64,000 nt of DNA from a virus: positions 1 through 64,000 of the IMG/VR virus record IMGVR_UViG_3300030329_003696; one strand, given 5' to 3'. The translations under genes and the position numbers were made by a program. Under the pieces are notes generated by a model. That model was not told where the DNA came from. It made no database searches and saw nothing but the letters and a program-made list of their open reading frames with translations. Of this stretch, positions 12,901-19,400 are shown piece by piece; position 1 is the first letter of the stretch, and the number at the start of each line of letters is the position of its first letter.

Positions 12901-14179
12901 TAAGATTAAACCTAGCAGTGTGAACGTCGGCATATATGATTTCGGGGGAGATGCAACCACGGCTTTAACACAACAAAAGGGTAGTCATAACATAGACGAC
13001 GCATCGTTCATAGAAGAGTACGCTAAGAGATCTGATAACTTTGGATTCTCTGTTGCTATAGATTATGACATGATTGCTGTTGGTGCTCCGAACCACGACT
13101 ACGAAACACTCCATCACCACATATATAGTGGAGTTATACATGAGAATGGCCTAAGCACTGCTTTCCAAAGAAAAAGCTTTAATGCTGAATATGACATTCC
13201 ACAGCATAGTTTCTATGACCTAGGCGACTCTGGTGTTAGGGTAGACAAATTTGATAACCTAAGCGGGACAATGGTCTTGAACAATGGAGCTGTCTTTAAC
13301 TTTAGAAATGAGCTAGTAGACTTTGCAAATAGAACAAAAAATTGGATTTTTGCTGAAAAACTTTACTCTCAGGGCTATAATGATAGGGGGCAATCCGATT
13401 ATGAGCCTAAGTTTGGATCACCTGGGGAGTATGTTGTATCAGTTAGCGGTGCTGAGAATGATAGATTTGGCTGGTCAGTTTGTATTGATAGAGCCAAAAG
13501 GGGCGATAGTGGATACACACTGGTAGGAGGTTCTCCTTATCACGATTGGCCAACTAGCGGAAATCACCCCACAAGCGGGCTAAATAACGCTGGAAGTGCG
13601 TACACTTTCGACGCAATGCTGAGAGAACAAACGCCTAGTATTCCAAATGAAGGAAGCTGGATGGATGCTCATGTATTTGCACAAAAAGTAGATGCGGCTG
13701 AAAATCTGTTTAAGAGAGTTTACCAAAACGTAACTGGTGATAGTGTCACACACTTAGTCACTGGTATAATTATAACAAATGACAATGGAGATGCATTCTT
13801 AGAGGTTTCTGGATTCGACCCCTCCACCAAGGGATTTGTTTCCCATAGACCGTATGTAGATTCCGTAAAATTTGTATTGGCCACTGGAACTCCATCTTCA
13901 GGTTCTATGAATTTGAATATTTCCGGAAGTCCAGTCGTTGTAACAGATAATATGAACCTCATGTTATCGGGTGCTCCGTCCGCAAATGTGTATAATAGTG
14001 TGAATATGTACCAATTTGGGGCACTTGGTACTACTCCTTCTGGAATGTTTAATGGAAGTCCAAGCGGAATGAATATGTTTATGGCTGTTCCTAGCGGGTA
14101 TTCGTCAGGAATACTTAATTTGAACCTTACTTCTACACAGACAACCGGAAACCTAGATTTGAATATACGGGGTTACTAA
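944..14179 (+). CDS. Giant (4411 aa) virion tail/adhesin protein with LamG-like, FG-GAP propeller and GldG/IFT52-like domains
   Basis: Uninterrupted 13.2-kb ORF after the tape measure. LamG-like pattern (FAIFTRF..LLTYN..LKLYVD..LTLG) at ~4250-4750; seven FG(x)S(V)..(V)G(A/S)P repeats; two GIFT-like segments; strongly Ser-Gly rich. Confidence 0.75.
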   Translation: MSQQFLKSLECLCIKGIEQTCPAGGSLEAEMTLKEASLVADIKSEDSKISSPGEKLSCTSTDVEVTGTGPYYEVTINSPTENIDGSCDFIEAGWELVVTRENFTGKQFEYYDVKRKNLDGTILVFGLSPFLLEEGVTFEFRGVGLIKRPDAIVAKAFDQLLEATSEINKAHLGASLSIKPDEQPLETGTIYSFHLRPSQTVRSGEVTTVTFILPPLQNEYITHLIKNNQSDATVVFRNELGEIISTGQFTGFVGESLADGFTLSGTTFPEDEVQEYLRAELIIDVRFKNMVMNEGSVLPDLTATYSVKESLEAEGVLDPGFTDKVVGDFGLFRCEQKLFPSGDRVIQEGFGSFVGPRKEESNLFTFIDEGVFDGLMFDQKDASTLSDGTDSFIIPDSVHTEGLFQYKCNLTDFTVRPDHTRLHMRIAAPISNYESRIAPLYTVYNINLLDPSGNLVIKYKDFSLRGDSTDRNNNFGTYSTAPEYNLFTDYYDWNRPQKAHLYEGSGYSLSFSVRAVSLDDAFDFGFDEGFEENFVFPEIIADEDGNNYLALDGAPLSTQESRFINPTDAFRVSAVEICNSGGIGIRREQYLPIHIKVPTKGRRVEQDFLPSFLPLSNFDSTIWPSVSSVWSWSSDSDITNVNKCNADTMLSAIRNNATSQYITMDSAEGGGVADSGKLTIKFSNQKANVKDISKGAFNFAFDQSTKNIWWKPSGAFNVENSVDTNVKDISFFSVDTLTLKVLAKKQAGSRDYALDVVGYSDDKLLNRTSPSGGFIQDPSGIHLNNLIVTQQGQYPIVSGFKGNSNQFALGGRSISEHDDFFTSSGNDHYKLTQYPMVTGTDFELYEVPLKINPDVDKLGMLRDYTLSSLLEHVYLDIFPIPSGASIAHISLSVRYKPQDGLNMSTYGGPVARAQDGRREGALFPTSMGPLDNILNAGSGYAPLSRILDIPHSYRTPKTIKSNYARRWRGAEGTVRGPYDPDQFSFGFENPIIDYPFLSGYFKFDQVDGKYIKSSDLGPTDVTNPMGTLSGLMVGNTDIYHNVGWRFASGTLFQQHLPSYSGNYTTTDWTSLSKGSFNFVGDPMYGKIADAFDRTARVSGVHGNINFGNIDTTSGFAIFTRFTPDASISGQSHNLFNSGVLFAKWDTPSQLDFALGYKNGFLCAYAKDDEDDSIVEVIDTIPYSGYVYPLNILLTYNDHQSSGLKLYVDAENYFGDYESGDFDPSYDAPHLLRASSSKFYKKPTNGSLTLGWGAGSGVGINGFISEFGVSTWSSGADTLYGSGTNIVEANADRTYKQVTAKDFFDNLRVTFFNSGVPHGNDQFGLWDRVNENTFHDWQIGDFKYCEFSIAFDQWQKRPNREQIIFDIKHHGSGYSSRNDLSLPSSIDPRVSYHTQIENDFLRFHLSDVPDHFYSVNRRITKSLPAGYKFSERALVVESVIQHTTDHSIIWPHCDGKEGPRLVVSLYSKKQDPYWTEDEPNWGLVNRKIHNVEPSSCVMRLDTTFTYNDLVDTDEEWAIFPQEPRQTEFKEKYFSEDVNDMFVQYDLVYPSGKAFESKIQLHSSHVRMSDCNVLSRATSGSGNLYTVGALGVPSGTLNLNLPEIPVPTSGTLNLGINVPIPVDVQIPSGLPLNISGQYVERGFMILYTPEFNTQGELNLFMPDPADYTFTPVSGSLNFSIPTPIDRISEGDDSIKNKYLTYPSGFATSEAAETEAKRLGLSGSHQDFTGDVFFPGGRSDWDENGDGYVDNSRIRGPYVPLFMLNTDDPKLDQLNLFTFAVGSGSGIRGILNLSIHNELPNSEPGPVSGSINLNVIGVPIFKQIRTNNNIPLYINAPNIISSNPLPLTLGFNETDTPHSGEMNLYTASYNVGSKGFGSAYGMWNNNNYGTGIELQDDYLAKIDASNEIRGVDLFGYGSCTGDSPRKAFDSALITDGVTWREATCNDGGIFRATDTYTNSGARNFSGDLGYSGNYYGIRKFTQLLPSRPYFTELTIKTGSTDPIKVPRTFEEWEYGMCGPDLMNDSGCCTSDCDQNLMFSGVKLIGDDACGVPPSSNLCIDPETIVASGRNIADKYGYKVSVKGDLMAISAPKITIPEYDQYGGGHVGVPSGGSVFLYRRGVDVAGKKASWELEEQLMLPTGFRKDYIEFTVQNLLKFDNFTISGAKWQIGQEGREFGSSLDMAVSGDVETIVVGAPRAKWTRQFNEITTSGVPCGTMVVADLFEYKESDIATIASTAKRFDILWKYFSAPWYGDCDLGCLPASQQFYPQIDMKTIVLQTTFAGRNYPEVPSDDTWFVHKYINRLDDFDLLVDVGSGVLGGEGTLSEFFRAGQPVVFNGMVSGMKSAFLEAFPYNTSLLYDGTPAIFGMFKEKSGSTAGALQYTDGDGIVHSLYDEFENFYNEYTFESGVYDQTTNLDASGHLNTVLGVSENWATTTVNLIRDTFDSGRLSTTKTNDTLNRDFITSGVGQEWGDSKAYDITQFQIPPHSGGRVYVFEKERDNFNCVQIISSPKNFTDFVAEEMEPDENGNYLFYGREFNDRFGHSVGISANSEVISIGSPFTNSPCRIYEKDPDEQARVYAALSGWLVTNSKNAGLSHFHTIFTESGRLKAQESAYDFLTPSERLQFRVDNNSKPYKLSHKYGYGNIKYVGTRQFLPSFFAPTSRLGWSTAVSDDGSSVAFGAPTDSFNEFEDANVYADTLDTWASYQHAGAVRMFEARKTFDHSGVVEFGRFGNLDRALHPSEVSKGFYDQMGLYFGAGDDLGGTKTFRRMDFSEIEIPRDAGLAFIITPEIDAVSDEIIDNIKNWLVLGDRHLVLVGNDPVWEENGVYSKSNDVINKILKELGSHMRITAAKNKEMSLPDCVSEEDKLDNKYNITPSLQPKHGAGSVSLRDNFYARGVGDIRINIEKYGYSDYEQYMDCPEGEDCDGSKFIVNERCEFPLKNSGDLRAEWHDTCTKTVGKKCRVVHYTQSWPLHFANYTPNCDSKPLQIINRPKFEPVPVLTTAEHLPARVITYPDTSGYSSKFKDIYETIIEDKFTPFADYSGEPEGSKHLPIESFKIKEDSDSNLEGTFNSFNLGALVDPDPKNGRDGILQGVAKTYDPDKPITYKRKDLYKPSTLALSESGVKEDGTFNNSKVYLLASQWPEDDGGRGLTFATENKDKNTEFYINMLKYDCNEVPRGWHLGGWTGNTSLKNAYYVNREIDDADSQHSLASKLRAEFQGRGLGGYFKENMTIPADGDISQEVTFIWIANPEGLPSDKEVEKIKTWMNTGEKRLIITYTAADKQKAQLYAGNVNEICEKLNISSRPFFVPNDGEFFVTPDPDSHYLKPYSLRGNRNSEQAQLTNTSTEPLSGCKDGYGFTPAYNDSTSVSGLWVSDKSNELWRGHVPDAQGGGGDTSFANDLRLFVPISGGSNYENIIFYDEPIFTHIPNIPNPIWKIEGQSIIKFPTIPLSGYKLFFDWVSETAVEKESLLVEIEGIKSRVPTACDYFPLHDKCNSENEGGGELDQEGDDASGGVGLHLDPTPPMTPHYRTDINFVARGEEVTIKFSAASRGEIQGDPLTPDTTPKTVRVLSVSGCPIPIDSGINFKRTEKKKLVDRIEYDKKWTVFPGGSRVIPAVSRPVMHKSHDYCRPFPPETDEGCENFGNVLIEDGPVVVAEEYENFSSFPNGKSRSKIILISDSTMIQGQCSHYRSETSKGNQAFIRSLYPSRPSKEATRGLAGGKDFVFSVTPLDHDSDQETVSSQGRSFYFTQKLRSPERGSPAKYHAVSGMIPNMTEPLYSLGGAVGSLDTFYDNEDTYHPSDLSRPKEIIKSEEIKQRIRNWGNDAKSDYGVFPKFSGDFLNYVQTGPPKRDYADWPQNPLGIPEGKERKYILDAGVGGGLPELMKLNNTDYLDLDVYYSGCLGDLFGYSVDLVDNQLVVGSPFNGFVSSGTSVSGIVQWSEIKVDEPTDGLELAQDGGGGAAFHFEKTGSGQNVVSEFLPWEFGSKIKPSSVNVGIYDFGGDATTALTQQKGSHNIDDASFIEEYAKRSDNFGFSVAIDYDMIAVGAPNHDYETLHHHIYSGVIHENGLSTAFQRKSFNAEYDIPQHSFYDLGDSGVRVDKFDNLSGTMVLNNGAVFNFRNELVDFANRTKNWIFAEKLYSQGYNDRGQSDYEPKFGSPGEYVVSVSGAENDRFGWSVCIDRAKRGDSGYTLVGGSPYHDWPTSGNHPTSGLNNAGSAYTFDAMLREQTPSIPNEGSWMDAHVFAQKVDAAENLFKRVYQNVTGDSVTHLVTGIIITNDNGDAFLEVSGFDPSTKGFVSHRPYVDSVKFVLATGTPSSGSMNLNISGSPVVVTDNMNLMLSGAPSANVYNSVNMYQFGALGTTPSGMFNGSPSGMNMFMAVPSGYSSGILNLNLTSTQTTGNLDLNIRGY
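5660..6530 (+). repeat. Protein-level SGxLNL/LPLxI repeats in the giant protein (internal cluster)
   Basis: PSGTLNLNL, TSGTLNLGI, PSGLPLNISG, VSGSLNF, VSGSINLNV, HSGEMNLY. Confidence 0.7.
7148..13537 (+). repeat. Seven FG-GAP (integrin-alpha-type beta-propeller) repeats
   Basis: KYGYKV..ISAP (~7150), EFGSSL..VGAP (~7455), RFGHSV..IGSP (~8550), RLGWST..FGAP (~8920), LFGYSV..VGSP (~12656), NFGFSV..VGAP (~13034), RFGWSV..GGSP (~13460). Most are followed by a G(A/S/R)(V/A)(Y/F) strand. Confidence 0.75.
13885..14176 (+). repeat. C-terminal SGxMNL/LNL repeat cluster of the giant protein
   Basis: SSGSMNLNISG, NMNLMLSG, PSGMNMFM, SSGILNLNL, TGNLDLNIRG. Confidence 0.65.
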
Positions 14180-15900
14180 TGCCTATTAGAGTTAGATATA
14201 AAAACGATCCATCGCAAGAGTGTAACATTAGACCTACACCCTTTGTGCAAATCTCTACAAACACCCTTAAAAATAAACAAGGGAATTTTGGTGTTACGTA
14301 TAGTATAACGTTGACGGGGACTCTGTTGCCAGACGAAGGCTCGCCGCTAGCATTAGACCCACAAACAGATCTCCCCTATGCGTATCTAAAACCCGGCTCT
14401 GTTGTAGGATCAAATGAGCTTACTGGACCATACGGCCTGTTTGACAAGACACCGCTAAGTGCCCAGAGTAGACCACCTAGGCAGCAAGTTAAAAACAGGT
14501 TTGCCTCCGCCCTACTGAGTAAACAGCGGGCTTTAAGAGCCTTATTTGCACAGGATGGTCAGAGGATAGAAATAACTGACATCTATGATCAGGTCGGGGC
14601 GACATTGTATTGTAACCCGAGAGTTACAAGCATCAGCTTCACCGAGGGGAACTATGTAAATAAGTGTGAGTATACTATAAATTTAGAGGCCGACGTTTTA
14701 CTTAGAGGTACTGGCCCAGATTCCTATATGGACGCTGAGTCAACTTTGGCGGGTAGCGGCGACTTAACAACCACTTTTGAGCTATCAGACTTTTTAGAAG
14801 ATCCTGGGTCTGCTTTCTTAGAAAGCTTCGATGAAAACTGGGGGTTGGAGGTAGATGATCAGCAGGGCCAAAGTGTTGATCATCCAAGGTCTTATAGAAT
14901 ATCACACTCTATTAACGCAACGGGCAAAACTTTTTACAAAGAAGATGGCAAACTTTCCAAACCGGCTTGGCAACAAGCCAGAGATTTTGTCTTAAGAAAA
15001 CTCTCCAGTAATCCAAGCGGAAACTACCCAAACGTTGCCGGAATTATAGGCAGTGGCACAATAAATCTTGTTAAGTCATACAGGGGTTATAACCACGTAA
15101 GAACAGAGCAGGTAAACGAAACTGCTGGAACCTATAGCGTGACAGAAAATTGGCTTTTAAGTAGTGGTTTAGCCAATGAAAATTATAGCATGTCTACGTC
15201 CACATCCAATACAGATCCGTTTGTAAACGTCAACATTGACGGAACAATAACCGGAATGTCTGAGATATCACCAAGTGGATTTGATAACTCGATAGTGACT
15301 GCCGCTAGCGGTGCATATACAAACGCACTAAGGAAATATAATGAAATATCAAACAGCGGAAAGTTTGGAATATCTAGTGATATTTATAAAAGGGCTAATA
15401 ACTTAGTTGCTGTACAGCTAAATTCGCAGCCGGTGTCAATTAGTTTAGGAACGAATCAGTATAATGGTCAGATTACCTACAGCCTAGGTTTTAACAATAG
15501 GCCAACGAATATTATATCGGGAGTCATAGCTGAGTCAATACAGGTAGATGATACTTATCCCGGTGACATTTTTGCTGTTATACCAGTGTTGGGTAGAAAA
15601 ACCGGTCCAGTTTTACAGTATATAGGCGGTAGGTCAGAATATAGCAGGAATATATCAATTAACCTTACAATGGACTATACTAAAATCCCCTATGGGTCAG
15701 AGAGAGACACGCTACTCCTTAAAAAACCCAGTGTTGTCGAACCAACTGCTACCCAGATTGCAGATCTACTAAAGGAACTTAGCCCACAGGGTGAACCCGG
15801 TATTCGTAAGTACTTCATTTCTCCCCCATCGGAAAGTTGGAATCCCAAGGAAGGTACTTACTCTTTTAATATATCATTTACATATGAGTTGGATAGATAA
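14179..15900 (+). CDS. Putative tail/baseplate structural protein with repeated beta-rich domains
   Basis: 573 aa, TAATG-coupled to the giant gene. Recurrent strands (YSITLTG, YRISHSINATG, VNIDGTITG, ITYSLGF, YSFNISFTY); tail-module context. Confidence 0.55.
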   Translation: MPIRVRYKNDPSQECNIRPTPFVQISTNTLKNKQGNFGVTYSITLTGTLLPDEGSPLALDPQTDLPYAYLKPGSVVGSNELTGPYGLFDKTPLSAQSRPPRQQVKNRFASALLSKQRALRALFAQDGQRIEITDIYDQVGATLYCNPRVTSISFTEGNYVNKCEYTINLEADVLLRGTGPDSYMDAESTLAGSGDLTTTFELSDFLEDPGSAFLESFDENWGLEVDDQQGQSVDHPRSYRISHSINATGKTFYKEDGKLSKPAWQQARDFVLRKLSSNPSGNYPNVAGIIGSGTINLVKSYRGYNHVRTEQVNETAGTYSVTENWLLSSGLANENYSMSTSTSNTDPFVNVNIDGTITGMSEISPSGFDNSIVTAASGAYTNALRKYNEISNSGKFGISSDIYKRANNLVAVQLNSQPVSISLGTNQYNGQITYSLGFNNRPTNIISGVIAESIQVDDTYPGDIFAVIPVLGRKTGPVLQYIGGRSEYSRNISINLTMDYTKIPYGSERDTLLLKKPSVVEPTATQIADLLKELSPQGEPGIRKYFISPPSESWNPKEGTYSFNISFTYELDR

Positions 15901-16499
15901 TGACACACGAATGGAAGGACTTTCATCCAGACGATGGCCCTTTGTTGCCCCTTAGTAGTGGACAACAGGCACCTCCCGTTTCTGGAGTTTTGCCGTCTGG
16001 TGAGGCACACTTTTTTGATTATCGACAAGATAGAAGTGTTAACCCTACGGTAAGAAGTGACAACGGTAGTGGGATCAACTATCCCTTTCCCCACCCCAAT
16101 CCAGACACACCAAATCAAGAGAAATTTTTATCCCGAGAAAACCCACTGGGCCTTGACGATAAATTTACGAAGGAGTGGTGGGACGCTAGTGGGATATTGA
16201 AGACATATCCAGAGTCACCCAATTCAGGTTTCTATGATTCAGATTATAAAAGCACAATATTCTCACCAACCGGAGATAAAGTTCCTTTCTCCAACGGTAG
16301 AGATATAAAATTTACACAGATAGATGATTTTGCAGTATTCAATCACTATGTTCACCACTATAGATTGAATTTTGATTCTGCTCCCCCAATAACCATACCA
16401 TATATTTCTCAATACTTTATTTCGACTATGAAACAGATTGAAGGATTTTCAGCTGACTTTGAGGCACCAGCTGCAAGTGGAGAACAAGATGACAATTGA
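15900..16499 (+). CDS. Hypothetical virion-associated protein
   Basis: 199 aa, TAATG-coupled, Pro- and Ser-Gly-rich, within the structural operon. Confidence 0.55.
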   Translation: MTHEWKDFHPDDGPLLPLSSGQQAPPVSGVLPSGEAHFFDYRQDRSVNPTVRSDNGSGINYPFPHPNPDTPNQEKFLSRENPLGLDDKFTKEWWDASGILKTYPESPNSGFYDSDYKSTIFSPTGDKVPFSNGRDIKFTQIDDFAVFNHYVHHYRLNFDSAPPITIPYISQYFISTMKQIEGFSADFEAPAASGEQDDN

Positions 16500-19400
16500 T
16501 CATAATTATAGCACTATTCCAACTAGCGGAACAATAGACCCGCAGGGTTCTTGGCCCAAAAAACATGTGTTACCGCAGGGGAAAAACGGCTCTCTGTCTG
16601 TGGGTGGATGGACAGTGGACAACGAAGGGTTTATACAGCAGACCTTTTTGGGTGCATCTATCACCAACTTTAACCTTAACGCTGGATTTGGTGACACCTC
16701 CTCGTCCCTATCTTGTCAACTCGTTAATGACGAATACAACAGGTCTGACGGTTATAAAGTGGGGATTGGTGACGACCCGTATCATAACGGAAAGTTTGAC
16801 ATGTTTGCACCACCGGTTGTGGGTTCCCCCGTATTCTTTAAGTTTGGTAAGAACCCAGCCACGGTAGAACAAGCGTTTAGAAAAACCTTTGACGATTTAT
16901 ACAATATAAAAACACTGGCTGATTTTCAGGATTTTCCAGAATCTAGTTATAGCGAACCATTGGAAGAGGTGGAGCCTTACCATTATGTAGATTTAGATAG
17001 GAAGGTGGTTATAGATAAGTCTAGACTGTGGGACTTAGGAACGTTTGATAGGGGAAGAAATCACTTTGCTTTTGGCGGTATCTTACAAAGCTATACGCAA
17101 AACAGGGGGGCTGGAGGTAGCCCGCTGTTTTCTGTAAATGTTGTTGACCCCAGAGAAGTTTTGTCTAATGCAATCTTAATATTTAACAACTATCAAGGAA
17201 CTACCTACAACAATAAAAATCTCTTTAATATCTACGGATTTTTAGAATATGATCCTACTGATGACCTTAAAAGTGATCTTGACACCCGAGCACTAGGTAA
17301 AGGTATTGTTAAAAGGGTTCTGAACCCAGACGGCACTTCTATTTATGCCGGTTTTGAAGATCCCGACCTAAGTTCCCCACCACCGGCAAATCTTCATATC
17401 GGTAAACTAGATGCAAACGGACTCCCTGTTGTCACTAATTTATTAGATCAGTATTATATTGATGATGTGCTTTTCCCAATAACGGGTCAGGGCTTTTCTA
17501 GAAGATCCTCTCGTGGTATACCATTCTACAGAATATCTCAAGCAATAAGAACGCTATTTGAGTATGATGGACCAATGCCCAGCGAGTACACTCAGGCTGG
17601 GTTTGGTGGCGTTGTGAACTTTAGAGGCTTTAATTATGTCGTTGACTTCACGGGCATTCCTACCGACTTGATCCCATTGGGTTATTTTGTTGACTTCGAT
17701 CAATTGGATATGTTAAGTTTTGCACAAGAACTCTGTGATATTATTAGTCACGAATTATATGTTACACTTTTACCAGTGATAGATCATCCCGCCTGTAGCT
17801 ATTTATATGAAAGAAATAACATACTCGCTAGAGCCGGTAAGACTTCGGAAATGGTTGCTGGTATAATAAGAATTGATGCAATTGACAAGACTAGGCAACC
17901 CAAGTATGGTGCAATCAAAGAATACTTAGATGGTCTTGAAAATAGAGGTGTTCATGTAGAAAATCAAGACGTTGGCTTTGAACTATCAAACGTTACTACA
18001 GATAAGTTTGTTGTTGGTGCTCAGAAGGTTGACATGGTATTCCTCACGGGCAATAAAGATAGAGACGACTTACAGCAGAGAAGAAACGAAGCTGGTCTTT
18101 CAAATAAGGTTGAACAACTACAAAAAGATCAGTGGTCCTTAGAAACATCCTTAAAACAGCAATTTCTTCCATTTTACGGTTTCTTAGGTGATAATAAGGC
18201 CGTTACAATACCCAAGGGGTTTGGTTCGTACCAACAGATACTTCTGGATAGTTCTAACCTTAATGCTTACGGCGTTGGAAATTATTATGTTGCCACAGAA
18301 ATGGAACTGAGGGCGGCATTGGTTTCCTTTGAAAGATGGAAAGAATTTTTACTTTCTTATAACGAGACCTACATACAAGACGTTGCTCAGTACGGTGCCA
18401 CATACGCGGCTGCTGCAAACGCAAACCCAGAAATAAACAAAGCGTTAAGAGACTGGAAATCAACCTTGGGCCTTCAACAGGGCGATGAGTTGGATTTGGC
18501 CGTGGCGGGTTTTGAAGAGAGAAAGTTTGCCGTTGCGGTACCTAGATCTGTTTGGAATTCCGATAAGCCTTATATGGGTGCTGATGGATATCCAGCAAGT
18601 CCCTGCAATCCCCCGTACGGATACCCACTATATTACAAGCGTGCTCAAAAGATAGGAATTCCGGAAGCGGGTGTTGTCCAAATACAAAACTCCGTTACCA
18701 AACTGATAACAAACTATCAATCGTTAAATAATACTACTGGCAAGCCCGATAAATTTTCTGTTATCCCCAAGGACGATATAAGGGAGAGAATAGAGCACTA
18801 CGAAAAGGCACTAATGGAGATGAGAGAGTCTTGGTTAGCTGCCAATCCCAAAGAAGAGGAAAAAGATGGCTATAGAGATACCCCGAGGTTCAAAACGTTA
18901 GCATTAGCTATCAAAAAGGCCAGAGACTTTCAAGAAAATTATGCGGGAATAGTCAAGAACCTAGAAGACGCCAAGAGCAATAGGCTTGCTGCGACCAAGA
19001 ACGCATTGGGTCTTGTGGATGGTGACGGTAAACCAAAAGATACACCTATCACTAGAATGATAGCGAACTTGCCCAAGACTGCCAAAAATCACCTAGACAA
19101 TGCTAAGAAAGTTTACAACTTTGTCAAAAAGGTGGCAGAAGAGAACCTAGGTAAAAAATATTTAGTTAAGATACCAAAAGCTTGTAACACACGTTGGCAA
19201 CCAAATATCGTCCACTGGAACGATGGAACTTATAATGAGGCTGCTGGCCCCTTCGGGTTTAGGCCGGAACCAATAAACTCTGATTTCGGGTTTAGGTTAA
19301 GCTTAGTTGGCAACCGCAAGTCCCAACCAGCAGACGCCTTTACAACTTACCTCAACTATAGAATATTAGACCATAATAATAGAAGAACCGGACATGCGAC

